NCBI GenBank assembly: GCA_963818475.1
Contig: CAWFSF010000005.1
Location: forward strand, 416,001-480,000
Source: Nitrospirota bacterium
Lineage (GTDB): Bacteria > Nitrospirota > UBA9217
Direction of reading: 5' to 3'
Length of the DNA stretch: 64,000 nucleotides
Positions 29,781-37,994 of this stretch are shown piece after piece; position 1 is the first letter of the stretch; each line of letters opens with the position of its first letter. The notes beneath the pieces were generated by a model. It was not told the DNA's origin, did no database searches, and saw only the letters and a program-made list of their open reading frames with translations. The translations under genes were made by a program, and so were the position numbers.

Positions 29781-30770
29781 TTAGAGCCTTCCGAGCCTGA
29801 GCAGCAGGTTCTCGGCAACAAGCTGTGCGCTGACACGGCGGTCAAGGAGCTTCTTGCTCGAGGTGAACAGCTCCAGGTCAAGAAGCATCCCCGGAAGCGG
29901 CCGATGTTCACACCACTGCCGGAGCAGGTCCCGGCGGCTTCCATTGACCAGCAGGCGCTCCTCGCTGGTCTCGCGATAGACCACGGCATCGCGAAGCCAC
30001 TCGATCCCGATGTCGAGCAGGCGTTCCAGCCGCTCGCGGTCCTTTCCATATGCCTCGGCCTGGTGAAGCGTCTCACTGGGACTGAAGCGCCCCAGCCCGC
30101 TCCAGAGCGTCAGGACCTCGTCACGGAGCGCCTTTTCCGCGTCAATGTCCATCTCGATGCCACGGCCCAGGCTCCCCTGCGCGAGCGCCGCAAGGAACCA
30201 GGCATCCTCTTCCGAGAGGCCCCGCTTGCGCGCCAGCGCCGCCGCAAGGGTGTGCCGGGGCAGCGGATGGAACATGATCTCCTGACAGCGTGACCGGATG
30301 GTCGGCAACAGGCTCTGCGGCATGGCGGTGATCAGGATAATGAGGGCGTCACCCGGGGGCTCTTCGAGGGTCTTTAAGAACGCATTTGCCGAGGCTGCAT
30401 TCAACCCCTCGGCCCCGTCAACGATCAGGACCTTTTTGTTCCCTTCGAAGGGCCTGAGGGCAAGATCGGCCTGCGCCTCCCGCACCTGATCGATCTTGAT
30501 CTCGTTCCCTTCGGCCGCCAGGAGGTGCACATCCGGATGGCCCCCTGAAGCGACCTTGCGGCACGAGGGGCAGCTGCCGCATCCTCCGTCAGGAGCGGCC
30601 GCAGAACAGTTCACGGCTGCAGCAAGGCCCAGGGCCGTCATTTTCTTGCCGATGCCGGACTCACCTGAGAACAAATAGGCATGGGCGAGCGTCCCATGGG
30701 CAATCGCCCGCTTCAGGATCTGGAGCGGCCCTTCATGGCCTTCGATATCGTTAAAGAACATGGAATGCAT
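29781..30770 (-). CDS. holB: DNA polymerase III subunit delta'
   Basis: AHAYLFSGESGIGK, CGSCPSC, ANAFLKTLEEPP, LPTIRSRC. Confidence 0.95.
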   Translation of the reverse strand: MHSMFFNDIEGHEGPLQILKRAIAHGTLAHAYLFSGESGIGKKMTALGLAAAVNCSAAAPDGGCGSCPSCRKVASGGHPDVHLLAAEGNEIKIDQVREAQADLALRPFEGNKKVLIVDGAEGLNAASANAFLKTLEEPPGDALIILITAMPQSLLPTIRSRCQEIMFHPLPRHTLAAALARKRGLSEEDAWFLAALAQGSLGRGIEMDIDAEKALRDEVLTLWSGLGRFSPSETLHQAEAYGKDRERLERLLDIGIEWLRDAVVYRETSEERLLVNGSRRDLLRQWCEHRPLPGMLLDLELFTSSKKLLDRRVSAQLVAENLLLRLGRL

Positions 30771-30839
30771 TGAGGCCTGCGGCCGTCATGGTAATAGCTA
30801 TCATGGCACCTTGCTTTTGCGGGGCCCGTTTCGCGCCGT

Positions 30840-31478
30840 TCAGGCCAGGCATCGGTCCACGATCTCCCTGATCTTTTCCTGCACACGGAGCGGCGGCAGC
30901 GCCGCGTCAACGATCCTGATGCGGTCCGGCGCTTCCCGTGCCAGGGCCAGATACCCCTGACGGACGCGCTCATGGAACGCAAGCGCCTCGTTTTCGAACC
31001 GTGCTTCCGCCTCGAGCCCCTGCTGGTTGTTCCGGCCGCGGGCGCGGGCAAGGCCAACGGCGGCCTCCACATCAAGCACGATCGTCAGGTCCGGCCGCAT
31101 CCCGGAGGTCACGAGCCGGTCAAGCTCCTGGATCAGCGTAAGGTCCAGCCCCCGTCCGTAGCCCTGATAGGCGATCGTCGCATCCGAGAACCGGTCGCAC
31201 AGTACAATGGCGCCGCTCTCGAGCGCGGGGCGGATCACTTCCTTGAGATGCTGCGCACGGCTTGCTGCATAGAGCAAAAGTTCCGCAGAGGGGTCAAGGG
31301 CCTTGTTCCCCGGATCGAGGAGGATCTTCCTCACCTGGTCGCCGATCGGCGTGCCGCCGGGCTCCCGGGTGAGCGTAACTGCCCGCTGGTTCGATCGCAG
31401 ATGGTCCGCAAGCAGGGAGATCTGAGAGGACTTGCCCGAACCTTCAATTCCTTCAAACGTGATGAACCGGCCCCTCAC
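30840..31478 (-). CDS. tmk: Thymidylate kinase
   Basis: FITFEGIEGSGKSS, TREPGGT, CDRFSDATIAYQGYGRG. Confidence 0.96.
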   Translation of the reverse strand: MRGRFITFEGIEGSGKSSQISLLADHLRSNQRAVTLTREPGGTPIGDQVRKILLDPGNKALDPSAELLLYAASRAQHLKEVIRPALESGAIVLCDRFSDATIAYQGYGRGLDLTLIQELDRLVTSGMRPDLTIVLDVEAAVGLARARGRNNQQGLEAEARFENEALAFHERVRQGYLALAREAPDRIRIVDAALPPLRVQEKIREIVDRCLA

Positions 31479-33383
31479 CTATTTGAGCTCCGCGAACACG
31501 TCGCCGTCCATCTTCAGCGCCGGGTTTGACGCAAAAAGGATCACCTGGGTCTTGGTGCCGAGTGAGCGGAGGACCTGGCATGCCGCCTTTTGCCGCATCG
31601 GATCGAAACCGGCAAGCGGGTCATCCAGCAGCAGCGGCAGCCGCCGTTTCCCTGCCAGGGCCTCGACGATCCCGGTCCTGATACAGAAGGAGATCAGCTC
31701 CTGCGTACTGGGGCTCAGGTCCGCAACCTGCACCGCCGTGTTATCTCTGGCATGCACCACCGGCCCGGCATCGCCGGCGATCTCGATCCGCACATATTTA
31801 CCTGCGGTGACTGCCATAAGGTTTCGCTGCGCCGCCGCCTCCACTGCAGGAATGAGCGTCTCCATTTCGATCGCGCCGATGCGGCTGGCTATGCCGAGCT
31901 CTGCCTGAAAACCCGCTCCCGGCGCGGCTGCTCCGGGGTCGGGAGAGCTGAGATCGCCCGGGTCCGGCGCGCCAACATTCCAGGAAGATGCGGAGGAAGA
32001 ACCGTCGGGCGGCAGTTCCGACTCGATCCGGTCGATATCCTGCCTGATGCTGTAGGTATCCAATGCGTATTGCGCCACGGCCCGGGCGGCCTTCTCAAGC
32101 TCAAGGACCTCCAGTTGCTGACCCTGGTACTCCTCGATGAGCGCATTGGGCGTCATGCTGCCGTAAATACGCTTCTGCTGCTCCGCGATATCGTTATGGA
32201 GTGAGAGAAAATGCCGGTAATTGTCGGCCTTTTCCTTAAGCTCTTCCGTTGTATTCGATCCCGTCGCCTTCATGCAGGCCATAATGTCCGCCCCGCCCTG
32301 TTCAAAGCTCTTTTCCAGGGCGATCCGGTCGGCCTCAAGTGCGTCGATCTCCTTCTGCACCACCGTGCGCTGCGCGCCCCTGCGCGAGCCGTTATACCAT
32401 GCGCCGACAATAAGGACAGCGGCCATGAGGATCCCGAGCGGGAAGAAATAGTCCTGTTCCTCTGTAAGCACCGTCAGGGCGGCGATGAACGACAAAGCTG
32501 CCACCGCGGCTCCGGCGATGAACAGCTTGTCGGAAAGGATGTTCGCCGCCGGCACGCTGTCAAGCTGCGCCGTGAGCTCCGTGATCTGTTCATGCAGGTC
32601 GTCGGCGTCTGCCATCTTTTTGCTCTGCTGCTCCACATGGGCGTCGATCAGCTCGGCCAGGTTCGGCGGCAGCGCGGCACAGCCCTTCAGCTCTTCAAGG
32701 CGCGCTTCCATTTCCGTGCGGCGGTGGTCGATCTCGTCCAGGGACTCCAGCTTCTTGTGCAGCTCGTCCAGTTTGAGCTTGCCAGACTGGAGGCGATACT
32801 CGGCGTCGGCCGCCTCCTCTGCCTTGCGAAGCGCTTCGCGAAGCTCGGCAAGCCTTGCTTCGCCGGCCGCTGCCTTGCCGGTCTGTCGGGCAGGCTGGTT
32901 CCGGGGCAACGGAGAAGCCGCAGGGGCTGCAACAGGGGATGCAGAACGGACCACGCGCTGGTCACGGCGGAGAATGAAGATTCGGGCATATTCCTCTTCC
33001 GTGATGCCGGCGGTCAATCCGGCCATGAAGGGCACGGCGCTTTCCCAGGTCTTGTACAGGAGGCTGAATTCTTTGGTGGCAGGATTATATTTCGAAAGGT
33101 TCACTGCGCGCTTTGAGAAATCCTGGATCAGCCGGTAATAGCCGCCATCGTCGCCATAGACGACCACCGCGCCGCGGGAGGCGTCGGGCACTTGTCGCGA
33201 AATGAGCGGGGCCATGCGTGAAGGCTGGTCCACGGGAAAGAGCAGCCGCTGCACACTATCCACAGCCGCGGTTTTGCCTGCTTCGTTTCCTGCGGCAATG
33301 AGATTAAAACCGCTTTGGAACCTGAGGCGGGCCAGCTCTCGAAAGCCCCGGATCCCCTGCATCACAAGCTCCACCAGGAACAT
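31479..33383 (-). CDS. SMC/YhaN-like ATPase with coiled coils and internal TM hairpin
   Basis: N-terminal GFNLIAAGNEAGKT; coiled coils; two hydrophobic segments mid-protein; LSPST signature; PLLLDDP Walker B. Confidence 0.8.
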   Translation of the reverse strand: MFLVELVMQGIRGFRELARLRFQSGFNLIAAGNEAGKTAAVDSVQRLLFPVDQPSRMAPLISRQVPDASRGAVVVYGDDGGYYRLIQDFSKRAVNLSKYNPATKEFSLLYKTWESAVPFMAGLTAGITEEEYARIFILRRDQRVVRSASPVAAPAASPLPRNQPARQTGKAAAGEARLAELREALRKAEEAADAEYRLQSGKLKLDELHKKLESLDEIDHRRTEMEARLEELKGCAALPPNLAELIDAHVEQQSKKMADADDLHEQITELTAQLDSVPAANILSDKLFIAGAAVAALSFIAALTVLTEEQDYFFPLGILMAAVLIVGAWYNGSRRGAQRTVVQKEIDALEADRIALEKSFEQGGADIMACMKATGSNTTEELKEKADNYRHFLSLHNDIAEQQKRIYGSMTPNALIEEYQGQQLEVLELEKAARAVAQYALDTYSIRQDIDRIESELPPDGSSSASSWNVGAPDPGDLSSPDPGAAAPGAGFQAELGIASRIGAIEMETLIPAVEAAAQRNLMAVTAGKYVRIEIAGDAGPVVHARDNTAVQVADLSPSTQELISFCIRTGIVEALAGKRRLPLLLDDPLAGFDPMRQKAACQVLRSLGTKTQVILFASNPALKMDGDVFAELK

Positions 33384-33457
33384 AGCGAAGGCTCCTTTCA
33401 CCGAATTCCGGTTACTATAGCGCAAGTTGGAGAAAGTTGCAACAGGGAAAACTCGCC

Positions 33458-34982
33458 CTAGAGCCGCTCAATGGCCCTTTTCAGGGCTTCCGCCTTCTCG
33501 AGCGTTTCCTCGTACTCCCGCTGCGGCACGGAGTCGGCAACGATCCCGGCCCCGACCTGAACGTGGGCCTGCTGGTCCTTGACCACGAAGGTCCGGATGA
33601 TGATGTTCAGGTCCAGGTCGCCGGTGTTCGCCAGATACCCGATGGACCCGGTATAGGGGCCGCGTGCCACCGGCTCCAGCTCGTCAATGATCTCCATGCA
33701 GCGCACCTTCGGCACCCCGGTGATCGTGCCGCCCGGGAACACGGCGCGGATGAGGTCGCATGCGTCCTTTCCCGGGGAGAGCGTGCCGCGCACATTCGAA
33801 ACAATATGGATCACGTGCGAATAATCCTCAACCACCATCAGCTCGTCGACCACGACCGTGCCGTAGTCGCAGACCCGGCCGAGGTCGCTCCGCTCAAGGT
33901 CAAGCAGCATGATGTGCTCCGCGCGCTCCTTCTCGTTCGTCAGGAGCTCCGCGGACAACCCCCGGGTCTCTCTGCTGTCGCCGCCCCGGCGGCGCGTACC
34001 CGCGATAGGCCGCGTGTCCGCCACGCCCTTCACCAGCCTGACGAGCCGCTCCGGCGATGAACTGACGAGCTGCAACCCCTCGAAATCCAGAAAAGCGGCA
34101 AAGGGAGAAGGATTTATCTCACGCAGGATCCGATAGAGATGCAGGGGGTCCACAGCGCCGATGGCCGCTGTGAACCGCTGTGAAAGATTTGCCTGGTAGA
34201 TGTCGCCTGCCGCGATATATTCCTTGCAGCGCAGGACCATCGATTCGAAGATCTCTCGCTGCATGTTCGGCTCAAGACGCACCTGGCCGCTGTTTTCTCC
34301 CGTCGAGGCGGGCGGACCCGGCATTGCGCTTGGCACGAAGCCTCTCCTCCGTGGCCGAAAGGCGGGCCACGGCCTCATCATAGAGCCGCTCCCACTGGTC
34401 CGGATCAGGCCTGCGGAACCCCATTTCCTGCTCACGCGCGCCGGGATTCACGATGATCCAGGCCCGGTTCAGGAGGTGGTCGAAGGCTACGACCAGATCG
34501 ACGAACACAAAATAGGCCTCGGGAATATCGAGGTCGCGTTTCGCGTTCTGCGGAACTGCCTCGAATTGACGAACAAAGTCGTAGGAGAAGAATCCGACGG
34601 CCCCGCCGGTAAAGGGCGGCAGTCCCTCGATGCGTTCGGTGCGGTAATTGGACAAAAGCTCCCGGAGCTTCAGGAGTGGTTTTTTATTTACCGTTGCACG
34701 ACGCCCATACTTGCCCGCAGGTGTTGCCGGCAGGCACAGTTCCACATTTTCTCCCTGCGACCGGAAGATGAGGTAGGGATCTGACGTGACAAAGGAATAC
34801 CTGCCCGTCCGCTCGGTGACCCGGGCGCTTTCGAGCAGCACGGCATGGCCGCCTGACCGAAGCGCTTCGAGCGCTGCCATTGGGGTGAGCGCGGGCTGGT
34901 CAAGAACGGCATGAAGCGGCAGTATGCGGCCGCTTCGGGCCGCGTCGAGGAATTCCTGTTTTGCTGGCGATATCGTATCCAT
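33458..34982 (-). CDS. Anthranilate/aminodeoxychorismate synthase component I (TrpE/PabB family), frameshifted
   Basis: LLESAR..GRYSF, GGAVGFFSYD, SSSPERL, KERAEHIMLLDLERSD, FPGGTITGVPK, GAGIVADS. Confidence 0.92.
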
Positions 34983-35046
34983 AAGAAATTATCCGTCCGA
35001 TATTAAAGTCTCCGGGACGGACGGTCAAGACAATTTTAAAAAATTA

Positions 35047-35074
35047 TTGCAACCTTGACATTTTGTGCTATACT
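35047..35074 (+). promoter_or_regulatory. Sigma70 promoter with extended -10
   Basis: TTGCAA(35047-52)-N16-TATACT(35069-74) with TG at 35066-67; AT-rich UP-like sequence upstream. Confidence 0.7.
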
Positions 35075-35090
35075 GAAATTAAAGAATAAG

Positions 35091-35103
35091 TGATCTTTGA
35101 AAA
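35091..35103 (+). promoter_or_regulatory. boxA-like antitermination element
   Basis: TGATCTTTGAAAA, matching the rRNA-leader boxA form, about 10-20 nt after the predicted TSS. Confidence 0.6.
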
Positions 35104-35120
35104 GAGTAAAAGTACAAAAC

Positions 35121-35428
35121 GGCGTTGCCGGACCAGCACCGTTCGGTGTATGCTTTTTAACACCGCTTATTAGGACCACGGTCGGTTGTTCTGATATGCC
35201 GAGATTGGAAAGTGGGCTGCAAGTTGAGTGGCCAGGCTCCCAACCTACAGGGTTCAGGATGACAGGAATTACCGAAGGCCCTCCGCCGGCTGCGAACACG
35301 GGAGAAAGGATCAATAAATGTACTACACCGGGTCTGCGCTAGCAGAGCCAAAGAAGCACAGTATTGAATTCCCGTAAGTATCAGCTGGCCTCGCGGAATG
35401 TTAAAATCCTTGGCCCGTAAGCAACGCC
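35121..35428 (+). ncRNA. Candidate large structured ncRNA of unknown family (about 310 nt)
   Basis: Own promoter and terminator; five nested long-range helices (35121-28/35421-28, 35129-36/35410-17, 35155-66/35393-406, 35172-78/35386-91, 35191-97/35378-84); no ORF with RBS. Confidence 0.7.
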
Positions 35429-35446
35429 TTTTTTATGTATTTCCCT

Positions 35447-35477
35447 GCCGACCATGTAACTCATGGCCGGCTTTTTT
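35447..35477 (+). terminator. Intrinsic terminator of the ncRNA unit
   Basis: GCCGACCATG-taact-CATGGCCGGC-TTTTTT. Confidence 0.82.
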
Positions 35478-35504
35478 ATGGTATTAATTCAAGTCAAAAT
35501 ATCG

Positions 35505-35592
35505 TCCGCAGATTACGCAGATTACGCAGATTTTAAAGACATGATTTAAGCTGCTTTGCCTTAATCTGTGAAATCTGCGTCATCTGCGGATA
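35505..35592. repeat. CGCAGATTA-type palindromic element
   Basis: (CGCAGATTA)x3 arm versus AATCTGTGAAATCTGCGTCATCTGCGG arm; related elements at about 23877, 53100 and 56461. Confidence 0.75.
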
Positions 35593-35664
35593 AAAGATTT
35601 TGCTCTGATGTTTATCCTTCCTTATCAGACGTTCACGCTCTTATTGATCAATCCAAATGGTCTT

Positions 35665-37134
35665 CTATGCCTTTAGCATCTCCGGATTGGTGTGTGGAAT
35701 GAACACCGCGCCCAGATATTCCTTCATAAACTCCGGGTCGTCATCCATGGGTTTGTACGTGATCTTTTCCGCAAGGGCATTCACCGTCCGCACCAGCTCT
35801 CCCTCCGTGAGCAGCAGGCGCGCTCCGGCAAGCGATGAATTCCCGAGCGGCTTGACGATCTCAGGAGGCCAGGTCGGCAGCATGCCGATGCCCACAGCCT
35901 TTTCCGCATTAATGCCCGTGCCGAGCGCACCGGCGACATAGACCTTATCGATATCGCCGAAAGAGATGCCGACCGAACGGGTGAGCACCAGAAGCAGCGT
36001 GAACATGGCTGCTTTGGATTTCATGAAGCTCTGGATCTCGTTCTGCGTGATGTACAGTGAGTCCTGGCAATCGCAGGCAATGGCGAAGGCCGGCTCTCCC
36101 TCCCGGGTCGTCACGTGCCTGCCGGGCTGCAGCACCCCGCTTTTATCGATCACTCCCGCCTGGTACAGTTCATAGAGCAGGCTCACCATGCCTGAGCCGC
36201 AGATCCCTTCGGCCGGCCCCTGGTCAAAGGTCTTGCAGGAGATGTTGGGGCCGTCTATCGTCACATCATACACGATCCCCTTCCTCGCCCGCTTCCCGAT
36301 CCTGCTGATCCCTTCTTCGAGCGCAGGGCCGGCCGCGCCGGCGCCCACGATCATCCAGTCCCGGTTCCCGATCACCACCTCTGCATTGGTGCCCACATCG
36401 ATCAGGATCGAGATCTGTTCGGAGCTGAACATGCCCGACGAAAGGATGCCTGCGGTTATGTCGCCGCCGACATAGCTTCCCGCGTTCGGGAACGCGTAGA
36501 CGAGGGCTTCGGGATTCAGATGAAGATGCAGTTCCCTGGCGCTGAAGAACCCCGGCGTTCTCACCACCGGCACATAGGGATCAACGGGGATCGTGCGGAT
36601 ATCCAGGCCGAGGAAGAAATGGGTCATAACGGTGTTGCCTGCCACCGTCATGGCATGGATATCGTTCCGATCGATGCCTGCTTCATTACAGAGGGTCGCT
36701 ATCAGTTCGTTGATGCCCCGGATCAGGACGCCGTAAACGTCCGCAGCGCGTGCGGACATGGCGTTGTGCAGGCGGGTCATGATATCGCTGCCATACGCGA
36801 CCTGCGGATTTTCCAGGCTTCTCGTCAGCACATCCTGTTGGCAGTCATTATCGTAGAGCAAAGCCACGAGGTTCGTGGTCCCCAGGTCAAGCGCCAGGGA
36901 ATAGGATCGTTCGGCCCCGATGTCAATAAGCCGGTATCCCGATCCGGCCCGTCCTACGATGCACGTGAACGCCTGCCCGGCATTCACGAGTGCCGGAAGT
37001 TTTTTCAGGACCGCAAGCGGGATCGCGAGGGGTCCAAGCCCGAGGGTATCCTCTATCCGCTGATCATGCGCCCGGCGGTCATCGCTCGTGGGGGGCGGCA
37101 AAAGGACAGTTCTTTTTTCTATGAGTGCGGTCAC
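35665..37134 (-). CDS. ASKHA/DUF4445 protein (RACo-like corrinoid reductive activator family)
   Basis: LDLGTTN, NPQVAYGSDI, YVGGDI, IDVGTNAEV, AAGPALE, GICGSG, GNSSLAGA. Confidence 0.9.
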   Translation of the reverse strand: MTALIEKRTVLLPPPTSDDRRAHDQRIEDTLGLGPLAIPLAVLKKLPALVNAGQAFTCIVGRAGSGYRLIDIGAERSYSLALDLGTTNLVALLYDNDCQQDVLTRSLENPQVAYGSDIMTRLHNAMSARAADVYGVLIRGINELIATLCNEAGIDRNDIHAMTVAGNTVMTHFFLGLDIRTIPVDPYVPVVRTPGFFSARELHLHLNPEALVYAFPNAGSYVGGDITAGILSSGMFSSEQISILIDVGTNAEVVIGNRDWMIVGAGAAGPALEEGISRIGKRARKGIVYDVTIDGPNISCKTFDQGPAEGICGSGMVSLLYELYQAGVIDKSGVLQPGRHVTTREGEPAFAIACDCQDSLYITQNEIQSFMKSKAAMFTLLLVLTRSVGISFGDIDKVYVAGALGTGINAEKAVGIGMLPTWPPEIVKPLGNSSLAGARLLLTEGELVRTVNALAEKITYKPMDDDPEFMKEYLGAVFIPHTNPEMLKA

Positions 37135-37493
37135 GGGATCTCCCTGCAAGGTCGTTTCATGCAGTAACGAAAGTGTAAAGTTCCACTCGAACCGGAAAGC
37201 ATATGTCACGCGGAGGCGCAGAGATCGCGGAGAACTTCAATGGCTATGAGTATGGTTTAAAAAACCACAGGCATTGCCGCGTGAGACGCCTTTTGTTATT
37301 CGCTTTTGGTTCCGGCTTGTCCGGGTCAGGAAATAATGAATACCACAACCCGAAGAATACTGTCAATGGAATGTTTTTTAGCCGGAAGAACGCGATCAAC
37401 AGTGCCGGCAATGGACGCCTGGAAATAGTGGCGTTCCTGATGGTTTTATGGTATATTCATAGCCGTCGTGATCACTGAGGAGGGGCGGGATCC

Positions 37494-37883
37494 GTGGCGC
37501 GGACAAAAACACCAACTATATTGCTCGTGGACGATGAGCAGGAGGTCCGCAGCGTCATTGCCGAAATGCTGCGTGAAATGAATTGTCGCGTTCTGGAAGC
37601 GGCAAGCGGCCACGAAGCGCTGGCGGCAAGCGACGCTCACCCCGGGGATATCGACCTGCTGCTCACTGACCTGATCATGCCGGGCATGACAGGCCGCATG
37701 CTGGCGGATATGCTCAGACCGCGCCGGCCGGGCATCGTCGTGGTTTTCATCTCCGGTTATGTGGACGATTCCCACAGTTCCCTGACGGAACAGGGGCTTT
37801 ATTACATTAAAAAACCCATCACCGCAGAAGCACTTCTGGAAAAAATCTCCGAAGCATTGTCAGGCACCACGAAAGATCGCTGA
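37494..37883 (+). CDS. Single-domain response regulator
   Basis: ILLVDDE, LLLTDLIMPGMTG, FISGY, KKP; GAGGAGG RBS. Confidence 0.92.
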   Translation: MARTKTPTILLVDDEQEVRSVIAEMLREMNCRVLEAASGHEALAASDAHPGDIDLLLTDLIMPGMTGRMLADMLRPRRPGIVVVFISGYVDDSHSSLTEQGLYYIKKPITAEALLEKISEALSGTTKDR

Positions 37884-37994
37884 CACGCTTCCCTCAAGCC
37901 TCACCTGCTGCACGGAGTGCAGTTCATCCCCTTCACCAAGAGCCCCTGGCAATACCTGCCCGGGAAAATGCAGTGCACCCTCATCGTTTCGGTT

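Noticed and set aside
27742-29784. Long antisense ORFs (680 aa here; also 8653-10113, 38709-40316 and others)
   Set aside because: Shadow frames of high-GC genes on the opposite strand, with no motifs
35036-35351. Short ORFs (64-92 aa) over the candidate ncRNA
   Set aside because: No RBS, no recognisable motif; the promoter, boxA and nested helices explain the region better
34983-35480. T-box or folate riboswitch on the minus strand upstream of trpE/pabB
   Set aside because: No T-box or THF consensus seen; promoter and terminator polarity and G-U pairs favour the plus strand
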